A stretch of DNA of 32,968 bases from Candidatus Micrarchaeota archaeon (GCA_013331805.1 DUFS01000027.1:26555-59522), one strand, 5' to 3'. Counted from the first letter of the stretch, positions 1-8,800 are shown. Numbers and translations: made by a program. Notes: generated by a model not told the origin, from the sequence alone.

Positions 1-240
1 GTCAGGCAGTCAATGAAGGAAAGGGAGGGGCATGAAGAACCTCCTTTTGAGCCTGCGCAGGAAGAAAGGGTGCCTGCACGAACAAAAGCAAAGAAGGAAG
101 AAGAGGGGGAAGAGCCTGAAGGGCAGGGAGAGGAAATGCCTGGAAAGGAGCCTAAAGCCAAAAGCAAGCCATCCAAGAAAGTCCTGCCCAAGCCTCCTGC
201 CAAAAAAAGCGCGCCGAAAGCAAAGAAAAAGAAGAAGTAG
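1..240 (+). CDS. 3' end of a CDS entering from the left edge (or a 75-aa ORF from ATG 13): Lys/Glu/Pro-rich low-complexity tail, function unknown
   Basis: Frame 1 is open from base 1 to TAG 238-240. Translation: ...EERVPARTKAKKEEEGEEPEGQGEEMPGKEPKAKSKPSKKVLPKPPAKKSAPKAKKKKK. No domain is recognisable and composition is biased, so coding status is only moderately supported. It converges on the next gene with a 1-nt gap. Confidence 0.35.
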   Translation, partial: VRQSMKEREGHEEPPFEPAQEERVPARTKAKKEEEGEEPEGQGEEMPGKEPKAKSKPSKKVLPKPPAKKSAPKAKKKKK

Positions 241-241
241 C

Positions 242-1849
242 CTATTTCTGCATCCCGACATTGTAGATATCTTTCTCAAGGTTCCTACGTTGCCCAAGCT
301 GTTTCAAAATCTTCCTGTGCACCAGCCCTTTTACTTGCAGGTACTTCTCCCTTCCCAACTCGGCGTTCCCAATAGCATAACGCAGGTTCTTCACATTGAA
401 GCAGAACATAGATTCGTGCACGTTCTCGCAGTTGTGGCAGAACATCGAGTCAGTGCAATCCCTGCAGGTGTCCATCTCAAAGCACCGCTTGAGTTTGACC
501 GAATGGTAGCAGTGGATGCAGAACTCTGAGTCAAACATTGCGTTGCAGCCGTAAACGTGCTCGCAGCTTCGAGGCCAGAACGAATAGGCGCAGTGCTTGG
601 AATAGACAACGGGTGAGGAACGATAACTGTTTGCAGACTGGGTCGGAGTAGGGCATTCGATAATGTTGGTGTTGGTGCCCTCTTCATATTCCGTGGAAAA
701 GAACGCAAGCTTGCCAATGGCTCTTCCGACTGCCTCCATTGTCAATCCTTCTGCCTCTTTATCAGAAATCCTTGCGGACTCCCCAAACGCAAGCGCCTCA
801 GCCTGGGTAAGCAGCCTGTTTTTGGGAAGAAGGAAGTAGTTGCAGTAGTCCCAGCGCCTCACTGTCTTTCCGCTTGCTGCTGATAGGTGCTGCTCGCTTT
901 TCCTGACACGTCTGCTGAGCCATTCCGAATAATCGTCAATCCTGCCTGGCAGCCTTTTCCCGAACAGGATTTCGCAGGTCTTGGCAAATTCCCCCTCAAT
1001 TGGCATCATGTTTCCTTCCTTCTTCGTTTCCTTTGGCATGTTAGGCAGCAATGGCTTAGCCAAAGGCACGCCTCCAACAATGTCAATCAGCGAGGGCGCC
1101 TCCTTTTTTTGCTCAAGCTCGCTTGCCAATTGGAACACGAGCGAATCCTTAATCCTCCTGTACTTCTCAGGCTCAAGCTCCAGGTTGCCAATTGAATTCC
1201 TCCTGTTTTTCAGGCTGAAGCAGAACATGCAGTCGCTGCAGCTGGAAAGATTGTGCGAGTAGTAGCAGTCCGAGGAGTTCTGGCCCATCCAGAATTCAAA
1301 GCAGCGTTTTTCCTTGAATGTCTCATAGCTTTTTATGCAGAACTGGGACTCTCCTATGCCATTGCATCCAAAGCAGCTGTCGCACAGCCTCCCAAGCGTG
1401 GAGAATGCGAGGTATTTGCAGTCCCCGAACTTTCCGGTCTCGTGCATGAAGAAGCTGTCGGATATATTAGAGCTTTTTTCCACTTCCCCAGAATTCCCAA
1501 GAATGACGCTTCCTGCGTAGTAAATCCTCTCTCGCACGGCTTGCGCGATTGAATCAATGTCCTTTATCTCATTCAAATTAAGCGGCGGATAACTTTTCCC
1601 AAAATCAATTTCGTCAAAGCCTATCCATTTAGAGCCTTCCCCATAAGCCGAAATGGCATACGCCACATCCTTGCCAGTAACGCTTGACTTCCGGTGAATA
1701 ATGGGCTCGTTGTTATGCGTGAGCCATTTTGCATACTCTCCGATATCGCCAAGCTCGCGCTTGAAAAGGACCTTGCAGGCCGCGTCCCAGCGCCTTTGGA
1801 TGGTTTGCATGCAGGTTGTACCCATGTTCTTGCCGCCCATATTTGGCAT
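242..1849 (-). CDS. Cys-rich two-module repeat protein, paralog 1 of 3 (family not recognised)
   Basis: 535-codon ORF that aligns by eye over its full length to ORFs 2173-3747 and 3748-5316. Both halves end in the same cap motif (SDCMFCFSLKNRRNSIGNLELEPEKY and ESMFCFNVKNLRYAIGNAELGREKY). No signal peptide or TM segment. The true start is probably internal (ATG 1840, 1825 or 1810), because the paralogs have only 6-12 residues before the conserved W..C..LF head. A TATA-like TTATAATT lies at 1858-1865. Confidence 0.85.
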   Translation of the reverse strand: MPNMGGKNMGTTCMQTIQRRWDAACKVLFKRELGDIGEYAKWLTHNNEPIIHRKSSVTGKDVAYAISAYGEGSKWIGFDEIDFGKSYPPLNLNEIKDIDSIAQAVRERIYYAGSVILGNSGEVEKSSNISDSFFMHETGKFGDCKYLAFSTLGRLCDSCFGCNGIGESQFCIKSYETFKEKRCFEFWMGQNSSDCYYSHNLSSCSDCMFCFSLKNRRNSIGNLELEPEKYRRIKDSLVFQLASELEQKKEAPSLIDIVGGVPLAKPLLPNMPKETKKEGNMMPIEGEFAKTCEILFGKRLPGRIDDYSEWLSRRVRKSEQHLSAASGKTVRRWDYCNYFLLPKNRLLTQAEALAFGESARISDKEAEGLTMEAVGRAIGKLAFFSTEYEEGTNTNIIECPTPTQSANSYRSSPVVYSKHCAYSFWPRSCEHVYGCNAMFDSEFCIHCYHSVKLKRCFEMDTCRDCTDSMFCHNCENVHESMFCFNVKNLRYAIGNAELGREKYLQVKGLVHRKILKQLGQRRNLEKDIYNVGMQK

Positions 1850-1904
1850 GGCTTGGGTTATAATTCTAATTTGGACATATGCCCTATCCTTGAGTCGCCC
1901 CTGC

Positions 1905-2148
1905 TCAGAATCTCTTCTTCAGGTAGTCCTTGAGCACAAACGGAAGGAGCTTGGACTCGGCTCTCCGCAGCCTCTCCTGTATGCTTCTCCTGCTTACCTT
2001 GGCAGCCCTGGCAAGCTTTTCCAGCGTTGCTCCTCGCGGCCAGGAATAGTACCTGCTCAAGCGTCACCCCCGGGAACTTCTCGGACGAAAGGCTGGTCTG
2101 GCAGTCATGGTGGAAAACGCCAATGGTTGCGGACTTCACTTTTTTCAT
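1905..2148 (-). pseudogene. Internally deleted and frameshifted relic of an archaeal HTH_10 (Bat-type, COG3413-like) DNA-binding protein
   Basis: The frame from ATG 2148 gives MKKVKSATIGVFHHDCQTSLSSEKFPGVTLEQ, which resembles the N-terminus of this family (K..I.H.gCw.S..s..FP.v). The +1 frame from about 2060 to TGA 1905-1907 gives (L)SRYYSWPRGATLEKLARAAKVSRRSIQERLRRAESKLLPFVLKDYLKKRF, the classic GYYewPR...LA..lgvS..t..e.LRrAE.KLl helix-turn-helix. The ~130 residues that normally separate the two parts are absent and the parts are in different frames. The track ORF 1858-2148 reads through in the wrong frame. Confidence 0.45.
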
Positions 2149-2172
2149 ATGAATTTCACCACTTTGCCGAAT

Positions 2173-3747
2173 TTAAGCCTTCTTGCCCTTGTAGCATCCC
2201 AGATCGCATATGTCAAATCCGAACGTTCCTTGCTTTTCCAGCCGTTGGAGAAGTTCCTTGACAACAATTCCCCTGATTCTCATGTATTCTTCCCTTCCCA
2301 GCTCCACATTCCCAATGGCATAGCTTTTGTTTTTTGTATTGAAGCAGAACATAGAGTCAGAAAGCCCTTCGCAATTATGGCAGAACATGCTCCGATAACA
2401 GTTCTTGCAGCAGTCCATGTCCATGCATTGGCTGACCTTGACGCAGTCATGGCAGCGGAGGGAGTAAGAGGAATCCATCATCAGCACGCTGGAGCCGAAA
2501 ACCGAGTCGCAGTTCTGCACGTGAGTGGTGTAGCCGCATTTTTTTGAATAGGTTGCATCCCCCACCCTGAAGCAGTCGCTTGAGTAGTATTTCATCGGAG
2601 TTTCAGGTATGTTGCTGTTGCCTCCAGTGTCATAGTCCACATTGTAGAAAGCGATCTGGCCCAATTTTGATATAATCCCTTCGACGCTCGCATTTTCCAA
2701 GCCGCCAATGGCTATGTGGCGCCTGGCAGTCTCAAACGCCTCCTCCCGGGTCGCCATTCTTCCCCTGGGGACGTATTTGCACCAGAAATAATTGCAATAA
2801 TGCGATTCGCTTCCAAAAGCAGTCTTGATTTCCCTCACAGGCTCGCTTCGCTCGGACAGGAATTTTTCATACCTACCCATGGGCGATAGCTCCTTCCCGA
2901 AGATGAGCCTGGTGGCCGACCTGAACGCGCCCTCCGCGATGCCTTTTTCCCCATCTCCCTTATTGCCTTTAGGAACCGATATCCCGGCCAGTTCAGCCCC
3001 CTTCGGGATGCCAAAATCGAACAGCGAATGGAATTTCTTGTGCTTGACCAGGTATTCGCGGCTTTCCTCAAGCAGCTTTTCCTTTATGGCAAGGTATTTT
3101 TCCTTGGGCAATTCCAGGTTGCCAATGCAATATTTCCTGTTCTGGAGGTTGAAGGAAAACATAGCCTGAGCGCAGCCTGTGCAATCGAAGCAGAAGAACA
3201 TGTCCGAGCAATTCACATTCAATGAGCATTCAAAGCACCTTGCAATGTCCGCGCCCCCAGTGATCCTGATGAGATGGTTCCCACGAATCAAAGTATTGCT
3301 CCCAAACACATTCGAACTATCCATGCGGACAAAAGACGAATATGCAACGTATTTTGAAGAAACGACAGTGTGCGAGTTTTTGACATAAAAGCTGTCAGAG
3401 CAATTGTCTGCGTTTTCCACGAATTTCGAGTTCCCGAAAATCTTGTTCCCTGCATAAAGGAATCTGTCAGACAGGGCGGAGATTATGGAGTCGAGGTCCT
3501 TGACTTCGTTGATCCCCAGGGCGAGGTATTTTTTCCCATAGTCAACCTCGTCCTCTGAAACGAAACCAGCCCCATCGCAGTACCTGTCCGAGCCAACAAT
3601 GACGCCCTTTCCTGAAACTGCCGACCTTTTTTCCTTGTAGGGCATGTAGTGGCGCTCGTTAAGGTAGGCGGCATATCCGTCAAGCTCCCCGATTTCACCG
3701 CCAAAAATGACCCTACAGGTCTTTTTCCACGCATCGTTAAGGTCCAT
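2173..3747 (-). CDS. Cys-rich two-module repeat protein, paralog 2 of 3 (family not recognised)
   Basis: 524-codon ORF. ATG 3747 directly abuts the TAA (3748-3750) of the upstream paralog. Head MDLNDAWKKTCRVIFGGEIG, linker GINEVKDLDSI, caps AQAMFSFNLQNRKYCIGNLELPKEKY and SDSMFCFNTKNKSYAIGNVELGREEY. No TM segment or signal peptide. Confidence 0.88.
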   Translation of the reverse strand: MDLNDAWKKTCRVIFGGEIGELDGYAAYLNERHYMPYKEKRSAVSGKGVIVGSDRYCDGAGFVSEDEVDYGKKYLALGINEVKDLDSIISALSDRFLYAGNKIFGNSKFVENADNCSDSFYVKNSHTVVSSKYVAYSSFVRMDSSNVFGSNTLIRGNHLIRITGGADIARCFECSLNVNCSDMFFCFDCTGCAQAMFSFNLQNRKYCIGNLELPKEKYLAIKEKLLEESREYLVKHKKFHSLFDFGIPKGAELAGISVPKGNKGDGEKGIAEGAFRSATRLIFGKELSPMGRYEKFLSERSEPVREIKTAFGSESHYCNYFWCKYVPRGRMATREEAFETARRHIAIGGLENASVEGIISKLGQIAFYNVDYDTGGNSNIPETPMKYYSSDCFRVGDATYSKKCGYTTHVQNCDSVFGSSVLMMDSSYSLRCHDCVKVSQCMDMDCCKNCYRSMFCHNCEGLSDSMFCFNTKNKSYAIGNVELGREEYMRIRGIVVKELLQRLEKQGTFGFDICDLGCYKGKKA

Positions 3748-5316
3748 TTATTTCATCGCCCCGATGTTGTATATGTCCCATTTCAGGCTTTTGGTCTTGT
3801 CGATCTCGTCTGCTATCTGCCCCACAAGGATGCCCTTTGTCTTTGCGTAAGTTTCCTTGTCCAACGGCGTATTCCCAATGTGATGCCTTCTCCCCTTCAT
3901 GTTGAAGCAGAACATGCAGTCCTGCAAGGCCTCGGAATTGTGGCAGAAGTAGGAGTCCGAGCACTTAAGGCAGCCGTCCAGCTCAAAGCAGCGGTTCAGG
4001 TAAAGCGAGTTGTAGCTCTTGAGTGAGAATTGGGACTCAATCACGCGGTTGCAGCCATAAACGTATTTTGAATGGAGCGAAATCGAGGTCATGGCGGTGT
4101 TTTCCGAATAGGTCGCCTCAAATCCCTTGTATATGTTCACGCTGGAAAGAACGATAGGATTTTGCATTACATTGCGATTCTCCCCAGCCCAAAACTCTGA
4201 TGTAAAATAGGCTATTTTGTCCAATCCCTTTTGGATGGAGCTTACTGACCCAATTTCCCTTTCATCTAATGCCAATTTACCCAGCTCAAGTGCATCAAAA
4301 ACCCTGACTGTTCTTTTCCTTGGCATTTCAGATATCATTCCGAAGTTAAGGGGGATGCACGTAGTTGTTCCGAACGCAGTCTTCACTTCCTCCACTCTGA
4401 TGGTGTTTTCGCCAAGCCATCCCTCGAGCTCCGATATGCGTCTTGGCTGCTTTCGGAAAAGTATGGAATAGGTGGAGGCAAATCCCCTTTCAACCGGTTC
4501 CACATCGCTTCCAACTTCTGGGGTCTGCGGATTTATTTTCGGAAGTGTGCTGGAAAGCCCTTTCGGGCAAAGCTCATACAGCGATGGATAGCGCCCGTTT
4601 TTTTCAAGTTCCTCGGCGATTTCTGCCAGCAGCTTTGCCTTAAGATCTCTGAATTTTTCCTTTGGAAGCCGGAGGTTTCCTATCAGATGGCTCTGGTTTT
4701 TCTGCCCGAATGAGAAAAGCAAATCATGGCATCCTACGCAATTGAAGCTGAAGTATATGTCAGATGAATCTCCTAGAAAATGCGATTCAAAGCAGCGATG
4801 GAGGTTTATCCCTGCCACCACGCGCGCGAGATGTTCGCCGTTTGCAGTATAGCCGGACCCGAAGACATGCTTGCTTCCTCTCCTTATCATGAAAGAAGAG
4901 TGGATATGCGAAGACTGCTCTATATTAGTTGAATTATATACGAATTGGGAATCCAGGATTATGTCGGACTTTTCAACGTGGGCGGAGTTGCCTAGATAGC
5001 GGTTGCCGGAATATTCTAGTTTTTCCCTAAGAGCTGCGACGAGCGAGTCAATGTCCTTAATTTCATTAATATTCAGCCCGTATTCCCTGTTAGTCGTGAG
5101 CTCGTCCTCGGAAATGAACCTTGCCCCTTGCGGATAAGCGTCCCTTGCCACGATGACTTCCTTTCCGCTGGCATGGGACCTGCGCTTCGCCACTGGAAGA
5201 AGATACTCTGACAAATAATCCTCGTACTTGCCTAGTCCTCCAAGCTCGCGCCCGAACAGCGCCCTGCATGTGCCTGCCCAGCTTTTCTCCAATGCCCTTT
5301 CAAGCTCAGGATCCAT
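3748..5316 (-). CDS. Cys-rich two-module repeat protein, paralog 3 of 3 (family not recognised; N-module largely Cys-depleted)
   Basis: 522-codon ORF. ATG 5316 lies 2 nt after the TAA (5319-5321) of the PLD gene. Head WAGTCRALFGRELG, linker LNINEIKDIDSL, caps HDLLFSFGQKNQSHLIGNLRLPKEKF and QDCMFCFNMKGRRHHIGNTPLDKETY. Confidence 0.88.
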   Translation of the reverse strand: MDPELERALEKSWAGTCRALFGRELGGLGKYEDYLSEYLLPVAKRRSHASGKEVIVARDAYPQGARFISEDELTTNREYGLNINEIKDIDSLVAALREKLEYSGNRYLGNSAHVEKSDIILDSQFVYNSTNIEQSSHIHSSFMIRRGSKHVFGSGYTANGEHLARVVAGINLHRCFESHFLGDSSDIYFSFNCVGCHDLLFSFGQKNQSHLIGNLRLPKEKFRDLKAKLLAEIAEELEKNGRYPSLYELCPKGLSSTLPKINPQTPEVGSDVEPVERGFASTYSILFRKQPRRISELEGWLGENTIRVEEVKTAFGTTTCIPLNFGMISEMPRKRTVRVFDALELGKLALDEREIGSVSSIQKGLDKIAYFTSEFWAGENRNVMQNPIVLSSVNIYKGFEATYSENTAMTSISLHSKYVYGCNRVIESQFSLKSYNSLYLNRCFELDGCLKCSDSYFCHNSEALQDCMFCFNMKGRRHHIGNTPLDKETYAKTKGILVGQIADEIDKTKSLKWDIYNIGAMK

Positions 5317-5318
5317 GC

Positions 5319-5891
5319 TTACCCTTCCGTTCCCTTTTCCCAGTCCTCTTCGAATATGGCAACAAGCTCTTTTACCCCTTCTCCTTCCACCAAAACAGCA
5401 GCTTCCCTGTTCTTGTTCAGTGCGCTTTCAGAAAGGTTGATGCTTCCGATCAGCGCTTTTTTGCCGTCCACAATGATGAACTTGCTGTGCGTCAGCTTGT
5501 AGGAAAGCGAAGCCCATTTCATATCAACCCCGAGCTCGGAAAGCAGCGCATACACCCTGGTTTTGCGGCTGTCGTCCACGCGGGGCTCCATTATCACGCG
5601 CACCTCCACTCCCCTTGACTCCGCCTCCCCAAGCTCCCGGATCACTTCCTCTGAGCTGAAGGTATAAATTTCAATGTCAATGGTGCTATTGGCAGTCCGG
5701 ATGAAATCGATCACATCGCCCTCGGCATCCGGGGAAAAAATGAAGTCCACTTTTGCATTGCACCCTGCACAGGCAGGCTGGGGCAGGAATGCGATGAATA
5801 TTAACATGGCACCGACTGAAAGAAGGAGAAAAAGTATGATAACTGTTTTAGTATCCAACGCCGCTCCCATACTCATCAATCCGCTCCACAT
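5319..5891 (-). CDS. Membrane-anchored or secreted single-HKD phospholipase D superfamily protein, Nuc-like endonuclease
   Basis: 190-codon ORF with an N-terminal hydrophobic anchor (TVIILFLLLSVGAMLIFIAFL). One exact HKD signature, HSKFIIVDGKKALIGSIN (HxKx4Dx6GSxN), and a size typical of Nuc-type nucleases. All candidate ATGs (5891, 5876, 5870) overlap the 3' end of carB (stop 5848-5850). Confidence 0.8.
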   Translation of the reverse strand: MWSGLMSMGAALDTKTVIILFLLLSVGAMLIFIAFLPQPACAGCNAKVDFIFSPDAEGDVIDFIRTANSTIDIEIYTFSSEEVIRELGEAESRGVEVRVIMEPRVDDSRKTRVYALLSELGVDMKWASLSYKLTHSKFIIVDGKKALIGSINLSESALNKNREAAVLVEGEGVKELVAIFEEDWEKGTEG

Positions 5892-8800
5892 GCAGTTTTT
5901 TCCCGAAAGAATGCCTCATTGCCCCCACCAATGCCTCCGCTGCCTCGAAATTGGTCAGGCAGGGTATTCCATTCTCCAAGCAGGCCCGGCGGATCCGAAA
6001 GCCGTCTGTATTGGCGACCTTGCCTTTTTTGGGGGTATTGAAAACCAGATGAATGCTGCCTTTCTTGATTTCCGAAAGTATGTTCGGTTCTCCTTCTGAT
6101 ATTTTCTTGAGCAACTTTACCTTGCCTCCGATTTGGGCGGCAGTCGTGGGCGTTGCATACACGGAAAATCCCATTTCAAAAAGCGCCTCTGCAAGCGGCT
6201 TGGCGCGCTCCTTGTCGCCGTCCTTGAGGCTGATTGCCACCCCCCCAGACCGTGGAATCTTCAGGTTCGCCCCCAAAAGCGCCTTCATGAAAGCCAGCGG
6301 GAAATCGTAATCAGCCCCCATGCTCTCCCCGGTGCTTTTCATCTCCGGCCCAAGCACAGTGTCCGCGCCTGGCAGCTTAAGGAAAGGGAACACCACTCCC
6401 TTGACGGCATAATGGGACATGTGCGGCATTTCGGTTGCCCCAAGTTCCTCCAGTGTCTTTCCCATTATTACTTTGGTGGCAATTTTCACAAGAGGAACGC
6501 CGGTTGCCTTGGAAAGGAAAGGCATGGTCCTGCTTGCGCGCGGATTTGCCTCAAGCACGTATAGCACGTCATTTTGGACAACGTACTGGATGTTTATCGA
6601 ACCCTTGGTCTTGAGAGCAAGCGCTATCCTTTCGGAAACCTCCAGTATCTTTTCCTGAACCTCCTTTTTCAGGCGCACGCAGGGCACCACGTTGTTCGCA
6701 TCCCCGGAGTGCACTCCTGCGCGCTCCACATGCTCCATTATACCGCCGACAAAGAGCCTCTTTCCGTCAGCCACCCCGTCTATCTCGCACTCGATCGCTT
6801 TTTCGATGTACTTGTCAACGAGCACGGGCTTCCTTTCCGAAACCTCCACTGCCTCGCCAATGTATTTCCGCAGGCTCTCCTCATCATAGACGATCTGCAT
6901 TCCCCTGCCTGCAATCACGTAGCTCGGGCGCACAACAATAGGGTAACCGATCCTTGTGGCATGCTCCACCGCCTCCTGCTCGTTTGTCGCAGTCGCATTG
7001 TCCGGCTGGCGGATTCCAAGCTCGTGCAGCAGCGCCTTGAATTTCTCCCTGTCCTCGGCAATGTCAATGCCCTCCATCTGCGTGCCCAGTATTTTCACAC
7101 CGCTCATCTCCAGCCTTTGCGCAAGGTTGATCGAGGTCTGCCCGCCGAACTGGACAATCACCCCTTCGGGCTTTTCGTGCTCGATTACGTTCATCACGTC
7201 CTCAAAAGTAAGGGGCTCGAAGTAAAGCCTGTCTGATGTGTCAAAATCAGTGCTCACTGTCTCCGGGTTGTTGTTTATCATTATGGACTCGATTCCTATC
7301 TCCCTAAGTGCAAAGGCAGCGTGGCAGCAGCAGTAGTCGAATTCAATGCCCTGCCCGATCCTGATCGGCCCGCTTCCGATTATCACAACCTTGCGCCTTC
7401 GGGTTGGCTTGCTTTCATTCTCGTTTTCATAAGTGGAATAGTAATACGGGGTCAATGCCTCAAACTCGGCAGCGCAGGTATCCACCATCTTGTAAACCGG
7501 CACAATGCCGGCCTTTTTCCTCATATCGCGCACCATGGATGTCTCATGCCCGATTATGGAGGCAATCTGCTCGTCAGAATAGCCCACCCTTTTGGCCTCG
7601 TAAAGCAGCTTCCTTCCGAACACTTCCCTCTTGAGCCGGTTTTCCATGTTCGCATACGCATCCAGCCGGTCCAGGAACCACAAGTGGATTTCAGTGAGCT
7701 TGTTTATCTTTTCCTTTTCCCACCCCAGCCTCAGCGCTTCCAGAATTGCGTAAATCCGAAGGTCGGTTGGCGCCGCCAGATGGTGCTCGATATCCTTTGG
7801 CTGGATTTTCACCTTTTTCATTTCAACCGAGCGAAGCGCCTTGCCAAAAGCCTCCTCAAAAGTCCTTCCGATTGCCATTGTTTCCCCTGTTGACTTCATC
7901 TGCGTGCCGATCACCCGGTTGCTTTCAGGTATCTTGTCGAAGGGCCACCTGGGGATTTTCACCACGCAGTAGTCCAAAGAGGGCTCAAAAGCCGCAGGAG
8001 TGGTCTTGGTGACCGCGTTTTTTATCTCGTGCAAGCCCAGCCCGAGCGCGATTTTTGCAGCCACCCTTGCAATCGGATAGCCGGTTGCCTTGGAAGCCAG
8101 CGCCGAGGAGCGGGAAAGGCGGGGGTTCACTTCCACCACAACGTACTCGCCGGTTTTCTGGTTGAGCGCGAACTGTATGTTGCAGCCCCCTTCGATTTTC
8201 AAAGCGCGGATTATCTTTATTGCGGCGCTGCGAAGCATCTGGTGCTCGTCATCGCTCAGGGTTTGCGAAGGCGCAACCACCACGGATTCCCCGGTGTGAA
8301 CGCCCATTGGATCGATATTCTCCATGTTGCAGATGGTGATGCAGTTGTCATACGAGTCCCGCATCATCTCGTATTCGAATTCCCCCCATCCCAGCACAGA
8401 CTGCTCCACAAGCACCTGGTGGGTTGGCGAAAGCGCGAAGCCAAGCTCAAGAAGCTTGTCAAAATCTTCTTTGCCCCTGGCTATTCCTCCGCCTGTGCCT
8501 CCCAATGTGAACGCAGGGCGCAATATCAGGGGAAAGGGATGCGTCGCAGCAAACTCCCATGCCTCCCCGGCAGAATTGGCGGCTACGCTTTCAGGTATCG
8601 GCTCCCCTATTTTCTGCATGAGCGATTTGAACTTGCCCCTGTCCTCTGCCATTTCAATTGACTCGATTCCTGTGCCGAGCATTTTCAGATTGTATTTTTT
8701 CAGGATGCCTTTCTTGTGCAGCTCCACGGCGAGGTTCAGGCCCGTCTGGCCTCCCATTGTGGCGATAAGCCCCTGGGGCTTTTCCTTCTCGATTATCCTT

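Noticed and set aside
242-5316. Interpreting the Cys-rich paralogs as ferredoxin-like Fe-S proteins, DnaJ-type zinc fingers or secreted Cys-rich surface proteins
   Set aside because: There is no CxxCxxCxxxCP spacing and no CxxCxGxG repeats. There is no signal peptide or TM segment. Most Cys columns are replaced by Ser, Gly or His in the P3 and P2 N-modules, which is inconsistent with fixed cluster ligands.
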